Positions 7,786 to 17,021 of a stretch of 64,000 nucleotides of DNA are shown piece after piece. The stretch is from a virus: IMG/VR virus record IMGVR_UViG_3300037851_000215, positions 1 through 64,000 of that record. The stretch is one strand, 5' to 3'. The notes under the pieces are model-generated. The model did no database searches and was not told the origin of the DNA. It saw nothing but the letters and a program-made list of their open reading frames with translations. Position 1 is the stretch's first letter. Each line of letters starts with the position of its first letter. A program made the translations under genes and the position numbers.

Positions 7786-8357
7786 TACCTACTCACTGTA
7801 CCAAATGCGATATATGTTTAATCAATAATTATCATCCACTTGAAGGTGATGGTAATAATGATGCTAATATTCTATTTATAACTAGAAATCCAACATCTTT
7901 TGATGTTAAAAATAATGTTCCTATGATATCTAAAGATGGAATGTTATTTCAAGAATATTTAGATATGTTCAATTTTAACAGAGATTTAATTTATATAACA
8001 AATGCGGTAAAATGTAGAACTCCAGGTAATAGATATCCTACTGATAAAGAAATTTATAATTGTAGAGGATATTTAGATTTAGAAATAAGCAAAATAAATC
8101 CTAAAATTATAGTTTTATTAGGTTTAACTGCGGTTAAATCTTATTTTAAACTTGCATTTAGTACGATAAATCTTAATATGGATATGCTTAATTCTAAATA
8201 TATTGTATCTAATGGACGAATTATATTATTTATGGTTCATCCTGTTCATGGATTAAATTCCATAAGTGGTAGAATTAAATTATATAATGCATTTCTATCA
8301 CTATTACGTTTGTATTATATTATTAATCCAGCTCATAAAATAAGTATTAGAATTTAA
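7782..8357 (+). CDS. Uracil-DNA glycosylase family 4-like Fe-S protein with a divergent active site
   Basis: CTKC..., GDGNNDANILF, YITNAVKCR.P.NR.PT..EI..C..YL..EI..INPKIIVLLG, HP motif. Confidence 0.85.
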   Translation: MIPTHCTKCDICLINNYHPLEGDGNNDANILFITRNPTSFDVKNNVPMISKDGMLFQEYLDMFNFNRDLIYITNAVKCRTPGNRYPTDKEIYNCRGYLDLEISKINPKIIVLLGLTAVKSYFKLAFSTINLNMDMLNSKYIVSNGRIILFMVHPVHGLNSISGRIKLYNAFLSLLRLYYIINPAHKISIRI

Positions 8358-8376
8358 CGAATTAAAAACTAATATT

Positions 8377-9054
8377 ATGTTACAGATGTTTCAACAATTT
8401 CATTTTAAGGTATTAGGAATTATTTCATTTATTGCATTTTCAGTTTTACTTACAGCAATTATTCCAAATCATGCTGATGATGTAATAGCAGCTTCACGCA
8501 ATGTAGAATATATTATGGATACAGTTGAAGTTAAAGTTCCTATTATTAAAGATGAATTAGTATCCTATTTGTACTGTATTAGATTGATTGAAGCTAATTT
8601 AAATTACAATGCCAGACGAACTGGTAGTCAATATGTAGGTGGATATCAAATTGGTAACAGTGGAAGAAGTGAAATTGGTTTAAAACATATGAATAACGAA
8701 GGTGCATATTCTATTATTTTAAAAGATGATGTACTGCAAGATATGATTATGTTACGTTATTTACAAAATCAATGTATTGAATTACATGATTATTTTATTA
8801 AATATAATAATACTCGTGTAGGTGCTTGGTTTGTAACTAACAGTGGTATCTTAGCTATGAGTCATTTATGTGGTACTAACGCTACTAAAGAATTTTTAGA
8901 TAGTAAAGGTACTAAAATAGCTAAAGATGGCAATAAAAAACCAATGACTGATTATTTACAACTCAATAATTTCAACATTTATGTCGATAGTATTAGCAAT
9001 GATGCTTATTTAAAAAGAATTTTATTTGATTCTAATTTTAGTAACCCCCTTTAA
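8377..9054 (+). CDS. Lysozyme-fold peptidoglycan hydrolase/transglycosylase with N-terminal signal/TM segment
   Basis: N-terminal hydrophobic helix; IEANLNY (candidate catalytic Glu), YVGGYQIG, SGILAMSHLCG, KDGN...TDY. Confidence 0.7.
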   Translation: MLQMFQQFHFKVLGIISFIAFSVLLTAIIPNHADDVIAASRNVEYIMDTVEVKVPIIKDELVSYLYCIRLIEANLNYNARRTGSQYVGGYQIGNSGRSEIGLKHMNNEGAYSIILKDDVLQDMIMLRYLQNQCIELHDYFIKYNNTRVGAWFVTNSGILAMSHLCGTNATKEFLDSKGTKIAKDGNKKPMTDYLQLNNFNIYVDSISNDAYLKRILFDSNFSNPL

Positions 9055-9067
9055 AAAAGAAATATGA
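9046..9067 (+). repeat. Dispersed motif copy CCCCTTTAAAAAAGAAATATGA (identical at 26235-26256)
   Basis: Exact 22-bp match; both copies sit at gene junctions and end in a start codon. Confidence 0.85.
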
Positions 9068-11145
9068 TTGGTGCGTATTTTGATATTGAAGTATTTGAGA
9101 ATTATGTTAGTCTTCTATTTTTAGATATGAATGTCGATCAACAATGGATTGATGCTTATATTGAAGCTGATATAATAAATGATGAGATGGGTAAGAAATA
9201 CGCACTCAATCATATTGATTATAAACAATTTATTCTACACAATGATAGATATGATATAGAAGCATTTTATCTTTTCATGAAAGATATTAAACTTCTTATT
9301 GGATTTAATAATAAGCATTATGATGATCTTATTATTGATTTTTTGCATATAAAGAAAGATATTGCTACAAATCCAGACACTCACTGGTGGTTAATTCAAA
9401 ATGTTAAAATGTTATCTGATAATATTATAGGTAACAGTGTTGGTAATTATAGATATGTACATGATGAATTAAAATTGTATGCATCTCCATATACTTCTAT
9501 TGATTTATTTTTAGCTTTATTTGAAACCATCAATAGAAAAAGTTTAAAACAATCTGCAATTAATATTAAATGGTATAGAATTGAAGATTTACCATTAAAA
9601 CCAGGTAGTACAGTTACTTCCGATCAATTTAATACTATATTTGAATATAACTTTAATGATGTTCTTATTACTAGAGCACTACATAAGTTAAAACATAAAG
9701 AATTTGAATTAAGGATTAATATTGGTGCTAGATACAATGTTGATGTATTATCTTCTAATAGAAGTGCTATTGCTGATAAATTAATGATTAAATTTTATCA
9801 ACAATATACAGGACTAAAGTATTATGAATTTAAAGATGCTAGAACTCCAAGAACTATAGTTAAATTTAAAGATATTTTAAATCCTAAAATTACTTTTACT
9901 ACATCAGCATTACAAACAGCGTATAATGATATATATAATACAGCTTTTTATGTTGGTAAAAAATATTATAAAACTGTTATATTCAATAATAAAGGTTACA
10001 CTATTGCTACTGGTGGACTACATAGTATTGATCGACCTAAGAAATTTTTTGCTAATGAAAAATATGATATAATTGATGCAGATGTTTCTTCTTATTATCC
10101 TAAATTAATTTATAATGAAGGTGTATGTCCAGCACATATTGCACCTGTTGCTTTCAGTTACATTGTAAATATGATAACAACAGATAGATTAGAATACAAA
10201 ACTAAAAGCAATGATTTAAAGAAATTAGCTAGATATGCTGAAGCAGCTGATTATCAAGTTGGAGCTGAAGCATTGAAGATTGTTGCTAATAGTGGATTAT
10301 ATGGTAAATTAGGATATGATGGTTGGTTATATGATCTTAAAGCAATGTATCAAGTAACATTAAATGGACAATTATATTTAATGATGTTAATTGAACAATT
10401 AGAACTTGCTGGAATACATGTAATTAGTGCTAATACAGATGGTATAACTGCTTATGTAAGCAAAGATAAAACAGATACATATTATACTATTTGTAAGAAT
10501 TGGCAATCTTTTACTAAATTAGAATTAGAGTTTACAAAGTATATTAAATATATACGTACTTCTGTAAATGATTATTTAGCTGTTAAAGAAAAATGGTTAA
10601 CTGATCCTAATGGAGAAGAAGTATTTAAACGTAAAGGTGATTTTCTAGTTGATGTTGAATTAAGTAAAGGATTTAATGCGCCTATTGTAGCAATTGCTAT
10701 AAATGAATATTATATTAACAACATTCCTGTTGAAAAAACTATTAAAAAACACACCGATATTTATGATTTTTGTATTAGTGTTAAAACAGGGAATGATTTT
10801 GTTAAACAAATCCATAATATGAAAGATGGTAATTATAATATTCAAGATTTATCTAAAAATTTACGATATTATGTATCTAATTTAGGTGGTACATTATTAA
10901 AACATAGTACTCAAACACACAATCATATTAATATGTTAAAAGGATATTTAATAACTCCTTTTAATGATTATTTTAAAGTAAATAAGTTTAGTGAATACGA
11001 TATTAATTATAAGTATTATGTCAAACGATGTAACGATATAATATTAAAAATTAATAACGAATTTTCTAAACCGTCTGCTACTAGGCGAGTAACTGGTAGA
11101 CGAAGTGGTGTAAAAGAGATTGGTAATTTATTTGATAACATTTAA
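9064..11145 (+). CDS. polB: Family B DNA polymerase (crAss-type) with 3'-5' exonuclease
   Basis: Exo motifs FDIE, GFNNKHYDD, YNFNDV; pol motifs DVSSYYP, KIVANSGLYGK, ANTDG. Confidence 0.93.
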   Translation: MIGAYFDIEVFENYVSLLFLDMNVDQQWIDAYIEADIINDEMGKKYALNHIDYKQFILHNDRYDIEAFYLFMKDIKLLIGFNNKHYDDLIIDFLHIKKDIATNPDTHWWLIQNVKMLSDNIIGNSVGNYRYVHDELKLYASPYTSIDLFLALFETINRKSLKQSAINIKWYRIEDLPLKPGSTVTSDQFNTIFEYNFNDVLITRALHKLKHKEFELRINIGARYNVDVLSSNRSAIADKLMIKFYQQYTGLKYYEFKDARTPRTIVKFKDILNPKITFTTSALQTAYNDIYNTAFYVGKKYYKTVIFNNKGYTIATGGLHSIDRPKKFFANEKYDIIDADVSSYYPKLIYNEGVCPAHIAPVAFSYIVNMITTDRLEYKTKSNDLKKLARYAEAADYQVGAEALKIVANSGLYGKLGYDGWLYDLKAMYQVTLNGQLYLMMLIEQLELAGIHVISANTDGITAYVSKDKTDTYYTICKNWQSFTKLELEFTKYIKYIRTSVNDYLAVKEKWLTDPNGEEVFKRKGDFLVDVELSKGFNAPIVAIAINEYYINNIPVEKTIKKHTDIYDFCISVKTGNDFVKQIHNMKDGNYNIQDLSKNLRYYVSNLGGTLLKHSTQTHNHINMLKGYLITPFNDYFKVNKFSEYDINYKYYVKRCNDIILKINNEFSKPSATRRVTGRRSGVKEIGNLFDNI

Positions 11146-11148
11146 CCT

Positions 11149-11562
11149 ATGGCTAAAAAAAGTACATACAATTGTATCCTATATGATATAGGAGATAAAG
11201 TTAAAGAGAAACACGGTTCTGATGAAGTTTTAGAAATTGAAAATGCTACTGTACGATATGTAGGAATTTATCCTTGTCAATTTCTTAAATTTAAGAATAA
11301 AGAAGATGATCCAGGTAATTTTAGTAATCTATTTATACCTGCTGCTGAAACTGTAGAAAAGTATAAAGATGGATTAAAGTATTTTGAAGAAGTTAAAGTT
11401 AAAACAAAACAAAATGATAAATCAATTAAAACTGGTACTAAAATCCATGAACAACTTGCTAAAGTTATTCGTGCTAAATCTAATGTTCTTACTGAAGAAG
11501 ATTTAAAACCAAGAGTTGTTCCAGTTGGTATGTTTAAAACTAAATCTAGTAACAATGGATAA
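11149..11562 (+). CDS. Hypothetical protein
   Basis: ORF in operon. Confidence 0.65.
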   Translation: MAKKSTYNCILYDIGDKVKEKHGSDEVLEIENATVRYVGIYPCQFLKFKNKEDDPGNFSNLFIPAAETVEKYKDGLKYFEEVKVKTKQNDKSIKTGTKIHEQLAKVIRAKSNVLTEEDLKPRVVPVGMFKTKSSNNG

Positions 11563-12061
11563 ATTAAAAAGTATTCCGTTTAGTATATATGATTATAAAA
11601 CATTAGGTACTATTAATAAATGTTGGTATTGTGGTAAAGTAGGTAAAACTAATGCTGACCATTTTTATCCAAAATCTAAAGGTGGTAAACTTAAAGTTAG
11701 ATCATGTGTAAAATGTAATACTGAAAAAGGATGTAAAACTCCTTTAGAATGGATTGCTGTATTGGAAGATGAAGCACGTTTATATTCTTGGAGTATTATT
11801 CAAACACAAAGATTACAACGTATGATACATGCTGTTAGTACGTTATGGAACAGAGTTAATCATTCATTAGATAGTTCTATTTATATCAGTTGTAATGATG
11901 ATAGATGTTTACATAATATTAATGTAGTGCATATTTGTAAAAATAATAGTGTTAATTTAGTATTAAAAGAAAATAGCACTACGCATAGACATTGTTTTAA
12001 TTTTGTAGATAAAAATAAATTAGATATTTTTAAATTAAAAAATCAATTAAATAATAATTAA
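11555..12061 (+). CDS. HNH endonuclease with a C-terminal Cys-rich domain
   Basis: CWYCG...DHFYPKSKGG...SCVKCNTEKG; likely start MDKLK at 11555. Confidence 0.85.
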   Translation: MDKLKSIPFSIYDYKTLGTINKCWYCGKVGKTNADHFYPKSKGGKLKVRSCVKCNTEKGCKTPLEWIAVLEDEARLYSWSIIQTQRLQRMIHAVSTLWNRVNHSLDSSIYISCNDDRCLHNINVVHICKNNSVNLVLKENSTTHRHCFNFVDKNKLDIFKLKNQLNNN

Positions 12062-12063
12062 TT

Positions 12064-12762
12064 ATGAAAAATAAAGGATTTATTATCAGTACAAGTATTA
12101 TAATACTTGTTTTAATTTGTATTAATGTTCTTACAATTTTTAGTAATAAATTAAAAACTAAAGAATTGAAAGAATTGAATACACTTTACCAAACTGCACA
12201 AAGTGATTTAACAATTTCACGTAATCAATATGATGAAGAAGTTGCTAAAGTAGAAGTACTTACAAGTGAAAAGAGCACTTTATTTATTAAATTAAATATT
12301 GCTAATGCTGAAATAATTGAATTACAAAAATTAGTTGCACAAGCTAAAAAAGAAAATAAAGATCTAAATACTGCTTTAATTATAAGTACTGAAAGTAATT
12401 TAAAACTTAAAGATAGTATTAGAAATTTAATTGTTGGTTATACTCCTGATCCTATTAATCCAGATCAACTTTATCCTGTATATGAAAAAGAATATGTAGC
12501 AGAATGGAGTTATGGTAAAATAACTATGGGATTAGATAGTTTAGATTTAAATATTGTAATTAAAAATAAATATTCAGTTACAATAGGTGATGAAAAAGTT
12601 AGTTTATTTAAGAAGAAATTGTATGCTGATGTAACTAATCATAATCCTGATACTGAAACTAAGACTATGAAAGTATATCAAGAAGAAGAAGTAAAAGATA
12701 ATACTATAAAGAAAGTAGGAATAGTAGGATTAATTACATTTTTAATAGGATTAGCAATATGA
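12064..12762 (+). CDS. Membrane-anchored coiled-coil protein (spanin-like candidate)
   Basis: N-terminal TM, long heptad coiled coil, beta-rich region, C-terminal hydrophobic tail. Confidence 0.45.
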   Translation: MKNKGFIISTSIIILVLICINVLTIFSNKLKTKELKELNTLYQTAQSDLTISRNQYDEEVAKVEVLTSEKSTLFIKLNIANAEIIELQKLVAQAKKENKDLNTALIISTESNLKLKDSIRNLIVGYTPDPINPDQLYPVYEKEYVAEWSYGKITMGLDSLDLNIVIKNKYSVTIGDEKVSLFKKKLYADVTNHNPDTETKTMKVYQEEEVKDNTIKKVGIVGLITFLIGLAI

Positions 12763-14264
12763 ATTTAGATATAAGTAAAAGAGATCGTCAACAAAGTGGT
12801 ACATTAAAATGGAGAAATGCTAGAGGAATAGGTACACTTAATTGGCCACCTAGATTTGGCAAGACATTTGGTACTATTGAGTTTATTATTAATCCACATT
12901 TAAGAAATAATAGCGATAATTTAGTTATAATTCTTGTTCCATCTGATATTATAAATAAACAATGGATTGATAATCTTAAGAGTTATGGTGAAAATTTAGA
13001 TAGAGTAGCTGTTATATCTGCTAATTGGGCTGTTAATAATCTTACTGATGATAAATGTAGTTTAATAATAGTAGACGAAATACAAAAATTTACTACACCT
13101 GATAGAAAAAGATTATTAGACGGTACTGTAATTAAACATCATTATAGACTTGCATTAACAGGTACTTATCCAAGTGGAGTTGATTGGATTGAAGAATTAT
13201 ATCCAATAGTAGATCATATCACTGAAAAAGAAGCTATTGATAATAAATGGATTGCACCTTTTATTGAATATAATTTATTAATTCCTTTACCAGAGAATGA
13301 TAAAGCTAGATATCATCGTTTTACTAATCCTATTAGTGAAACATTAGAATTATTTAAAGATAAACATAAGTTACTACCACGTGGAAATGAATATCTTCTA
13401 CCTGATGAATTTAGTTTAATACAGGCTTGTCATACTGGATTTAAAACTATTGATCTAAATGGTAAAGATATTTGGATTACGTATGATAGATTATGTAATT
13501 CACTAGCTTATAAAATGGGTTGGCATACTGAATTAAATATAAGCACTCCTGAAAATGCAGAATTACACAAAGTTTGGAGTCCTGTTGCAATTCATGATAG
13601 AGCTAAACAATTTATTGATTACATTAAACGTAGAAATGAGATACTTATTGATAATCCAGCTAAATTACATTTGATTGGAGAAATAATAAGTAGAAATATG
13701 GTATCTACTATATGTTTCAATGAAAGTACTAAGTTTGCTGATGCTATTGCAGATTACATAAATGCTAAATTTGATAGCAATTATCGTGCTGTATGTTATC
13801 ATTCTAAAATAAATAGTAGAACAGTAATTAATCCAGATACAGGTGATTATTTTAAATATACTACTGGAGATAGAAAAGGTTTACCTAAAATATTAGGTAA
13901 AGATACTATTAAAAGGATAGTAATAGATGGAGCTAGATCTGGTTATTATAAGTTTATTTCTACAGCAAAAGCATTAGATGAAGGAGTTGATATTCCTGTT
14001 ATCGAACAAGTTATTTGTACTGCTGGTACAACTAATCCAATTACTTATCAACAACGAACTGCTCGTGGTAAAACTATTGATTTTTACAATAGTGATAAAG
14101 TTACCAAAATAATTAATCTTGTATTTGATGATTTTGTTGATATTGATGGTAATGTTGTAAAAAATAGAGATAAAACTAAATTAATTTTAAGACAACGTGA
14201 AACAGGAAACTTGGTACACTGGATAACTGATTTGAATGAACTTAATTTCAATCAGAATGAATAA
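12759..14264 (+). CDS. SF2 helicase
   Basis: PRFGKT, IIVDEIQ, LALTGT, LDEGVDIP, QQRTARG. Confidence 0.85.
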   Translation: MNLDISKRDRQQSGTLKWRNARGIGTLNWPPRFGKTFGTIEFIINPHLRNNSDNLVIILVPSDIINKQWIDNLKSYGENLDRVAVISANWAVNNLTDDKCSLIIVDEIQKFTTPDRKRLLDGTVIKHHYRLALTGTYPSGVDWIEELYPIVDHITEKEAIDNKWIAPFIEYNLLIPLPENDKARYHRFTNPISETLELFKDKHKLLPRGNEYLLPDEFSLIQACHTGFKTIDLNGKDIWITYDRLCNSLAYKMGWHTELNISTPENAELHKVWSPVAIHDRAKQFIDYIKRRNEILIDNPAKLHLIGEIISRNMVSTICFNESTKFADAIADYINAKFDSNYRAVCYHSKINSRTVINPDTGDYFKYTTGDRKGLPKILGKDTIKRIVIDGARSGYYKFISTAKALDEGVDIPVIEQVICTAGTTNPITYQQRTARGKTIDFYNSDKVTKIINLVFDDFVDIDGNVVKNRDKTKLILRQRETGNLVHWITDLNELNFNQNE

Positions 14265-14280
14265 AAAAGTATGTATTTTA

Positions 14281-14311
14281 TTTGCATATTCAAAAACTTT
14301 TTATACCTTTA
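14281..14311 (+). promoter_or_regulatory. Bacteroidota-type promoter (TTTG-N19-TACCTTTA)
   Basis: Spacing and motif match with one deviation; intergenic. Confidence 0.6.
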
Positions 14312-14338
14312 TAGTCCATTAATAACCAAATAACCATT

Positions 14339-15280
14339 ATGAGTAATGAAATTGTTAAATCTAGTAAAAGCATAGATGAAACTATTGCTACTTTTGCTAA
14401 GATAAAAGAGATTGCTGAATATGTAGCTACATCTGGTATCTTTACTGCTGGATATGAAATTAAAGATAAAGAAGGAAAGGTAGTTATAGATGAGTCTACA
14501 GGATTACCTAAAGTTAATATAGCTGATGTAGCTATGTCAATAGTAACAGGTTATGAATTAGGTTTAGATTTAGGTGGTTCACTTCTTTTAGGTAAGAAAC
14601 TTAATCCTGCTACTTATCTATCTGTTATAAAGGGAAAAGAAATAGGTGTAGGTATTGCAACTGCACTTGAAAAAATAGTTTCTATTCCTACTAGAAATGG
14701 ATTGATAAGTTATACAATGGTAGATGTAATTAGTGCTAAATTAATTGAAGGTGGTGTTTCTTTTCTACCATTTTTACGTAATTTTGCTCCTTTTTATAGA
14801 TACTATGATGCCAGTAGTAAAGAAGAATTAGATTTAGATGTTGTTTTAAATGAAAATGATTTTTTAAAAGAAGATTATTTTCTAGTTAATGCTGGTACAA
14901 CACCTGAATTATTAAAAGAAGCACTTACTGCTGGTAAGAAAACAGTTACTAGAATTAGATATGGTGAATTTACTAAAGCTAAATTTGTAAGAAAAACTTC
15001 AGCTGGTATAGTTACACATTATCAAAGATTTTCTACATTAGATGCTCAACGAGCAGGATTACTTCCAGTTTATGATAAAGATGGTAAAGAATTAGCTAAA
15101 GGTAAAGATAATTGGATAAGTAATACTCCACAGATGATGGCTAATAGAGTAATATCTATTGGTGGTAGAATAATAGGAGCAGATCTAATTCATGGTTTGT
15201 ATACAAAGGAAGAACTTATAGATGCTAAAGTAATTACTGAGCAACCTGCTACAGTAGATGCACAAGCAACTGTAATTTAA
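14339..15280 (+). CDS. RecT-like ssDNA annealing protein
   Basis: C-terminal W...PQMMANRVIS..GR...AD.I.GLYT.EEL pattern of RecT-type recombinases; AQRAGL. Confidence 0.6.
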   Translation: MSNEIVKSSKSIDETIATFAKIKEIAEYVATSGIFTAGYEIKDKEGKVVIDESTGLPKVNIADVAMSIVTGYELGLDLGGSLLLGKKLNPATYLSVIKGKEIGVGIATALEKIVSIPTRNGLISYTMVDVISAKLIEGGVSFLPFLRNFAPFYRYYDASSKEELDLDVVLNENDFLKEDYFLVNAGTTPELLKEALTAGKKTVTRIRYGEFTKAKFVRKTSAGIVTHYQRFSTLDAQRAGLLPVYDKDGKELAKGKDNWISNTPQMMANRVISIGGRIIGADLIHGLYTKEELIDAKVITEQPATVDAQATVI

Positions 15281-15285
15281 TATAT

Positions 15286-15389
15286 GATAATTGTTTATAA
15301 TAAAAATGAAAGACTAAGGAAAGGTTCTTAAACCAATAATGCTAGTTAAGCAAATAGGTCTAATTCATTTAATAAAAGTAAACTTTATC
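15286..15389 (+). ncRNA. Candidate structured 5'-leader RNA
   Basis: Nested pairings GATAA/TTATC, GTTTA/TAAAC, AAATGAA/TTCATTT, AGAC/GTCT enclosing hairpins GGTT/AACC and TGCT/AGCA. Confidence 0.4.
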
Positions 15390-15438
15390 GAATTAATAAT
15401 TGTTTTAAATTTATTGTTAAACTTAATTAAACAACAAC

Positions 15439-16038
15439 ATGGAAAACGTTTCAAGATTTTCAAATTCTTTTAAAGGTAAATTAGTAGTCAGTGGAAGTAA
15501 AATGTCAGGTAGTGCGTTTCCTACACTTACCGCTACATCAACCAAAGACAAATTTAATCTTAATCAAAAAGCTCTTGCTCTTATGGGACTTGCTCCTGGT
15601 AGCAATGTAGTTATGATTGATATGAATAAAGGTGAGGTAGTTGAAACAGATTGCAATAAGAGGTGGTATCTCACAGCTGGTTATGATAACGGACGTGGAG
15701 ACAAAACTGGTGCTAAGATAAGTAATACTGGTGGATTTTCATATGCTGGTATTTATGGTGCAATGGTACTTAATCAGCCTGATATTTCTGAAGCTAGTGT
15801 TAAAGATCTAGTTGACGCTGGTAAAGGTATATTCCGTGAAACTCCTAAAGAGAAACAAGCGTTTATAGGACTTCAGAAAGTTAATTTTAAAGTTGAAAAA
15901 CTTGTTGATGAAGCAGGTAATGATATATTTGAAGTTGCTGAAGGAGTATATCAGAAAGTATTTGCACTTACTGAAAGAACAGAAGAAGAACACGATCCTA
16001 AAGCTCCTGCTGGCGCAGATGACGAAGATACTGAATAA
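15439..16038 (+). CDS. Replication-module protein with acidic tail (SSB-like candidate)
   Basis: Beta-rich; C-terminal ..AGADDEDTE; flanked by a long leader and a terminator, suggesting high expression. Confidence 0.5.
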   Translation: MENVSRFSNSFKGKLVVSGSKMSGSAFPTLTATSTKDKFNLNQKALALMGLAPGSNVVMIDMNKGEVVETDCNKRWYLTAGYDNGRGDKTGAKISNTGGFSYAGIYGAMVLNQPDISEASVKDLVDAGKGIFRETPKEKQAFIGLQKVNFKVEKLVDEAGNDIFEVAEGVYQKVFALTERTEEEHDPKAPAGADDEDTE

Positions 16039-16048
16039 TTTTCATTTG

Positions 16049-16084
16049 AAAGAGTAGCTTTTAATTAAGCTACTCTTTTCTTTT
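16049..16084 (+). terminator. Intrinsic terminator
   Basis: AAAGAGTAGCTT / AAGCTACTCTTT hairpin plus T-rich tail. Confidence 0.85.
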
Positions 16085-16113
16085 CATTTATTAACCTTAA
16101 TAATAATACAAAT

Positions 16114-16962
16114 ATGGCATTACTTGATTTAAATGCACAAACAACCAGTAGATTAGGATTAGAACCAATTAAAGATGCTCAGGGAAAATATTTATATAAT
16201 GGCTGTATTCCAGCTGTTATAACAAATATTCATGTTAATACGCAAAAACATACGAAAGGTGAATTTGCTAATATGGATGTTCCTGTATTACAAGTTGAAT
16301 TTGAGAATTTAAAACTTACTTCTGACGAAGTAGATAGATTTTATACACATAGTTTTAAAGTAGTAGGTTCAAAACAACTTGTTGCTAATACTACAGATCA
16401 GTATGAAGATAGAAAGGAATTAGATATACTGAATGATACAACTGATCTGTGGAAAGGAATTAAACATTTGCTTGAGAGTTTAAGTGGTAGTCCTAATTAT
16501 AGAAATATAATTAATATATCTAAAACAGATTTTACTAAATATTTTGATTTACCTGGATTAGGTGCTGCTGCAGATAGACTTACTGCTTATCAGTTATTCT
16601 TTGATTATATCGTTGCTTTTGTAAAAGGTGATGATAAGGATATTAAATCACAAATTGTTGGAGCAGATGGTAAACCATTACCAATTTGGATTAAAATGCT
16701 TCCTAATTATGATAAAGATCCTAAGAGAAATGCTAAATATTATGCTATTTCTAGATTTATTAATCAAGGAGTATTTGAACCACTTGTACTTAACAAAGGA
16801 GTAGTAGTTCCACCAAAAGTAATTAGAGTTAAACCTAGTGAAAGTTTGGAATTAATTAAAACTGCTCCAATACCAGGTGTCAATACAGCTTTTGAAAATG
16901 GAGCTGGACTTGGTCAAGGATTAGATCCTACTGTTGCTAGGTTACTGCAAGGTGGAAGATAA
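16114..16962 (+). CDS. Putative single-stranded DNA-binding protein (crAss-type)
   Basis: Directly upstream of primase; VPVLQVEF and PIWIKML motifs; flexible Gly-rich tail. Confidence 0.55.
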   Translation: MALLDLNAQTTSRLGLEPIKDAQGKYLYNGCIPAVITNIHVNTQKHTKGEFANMDVPVLQVEFENLKLTSDEVDRFYTHSFKVVGSKQLVANTTDQYEDRKELDILNDTTDLWKGIKHLLESLSGSPNYRNIINISKTDFTKYFDLPGLGAAADRLTAYQLFFDYIVAFVKGDDKDIKSQIVGADGKPLPIWIKMLPNYDKDPKRNAKYYAISRFINQGVFEPLVLNKGVVVPPKVIRVKPSESLELIKTAPIPGVNTAFENGAGLGQGLDPTVARLLQGGR

Positions 16963-16977
16963 GTTAGTATTAATAAT

Positions 16978-17009
16978 AAAGGGATAGTAGAAATGCTATC
17001 CCTTTTTTT
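16978..17009 (+). terminator. Intrinsic terminator
   Basis: AAAGGGATAGTA-GAAA-TGCTATCCCTTT plus T-run. Confidence 0.9.
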
Positions 17010-17021
17010 ATTCATTTTGTT

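Noticed and set aside
9064-11145. Intein or intron in PolB, primase or helicases
   Set aside because: Motifs are contiguous at normal spacing, with no intein-like termini or LAGLIDADG insert
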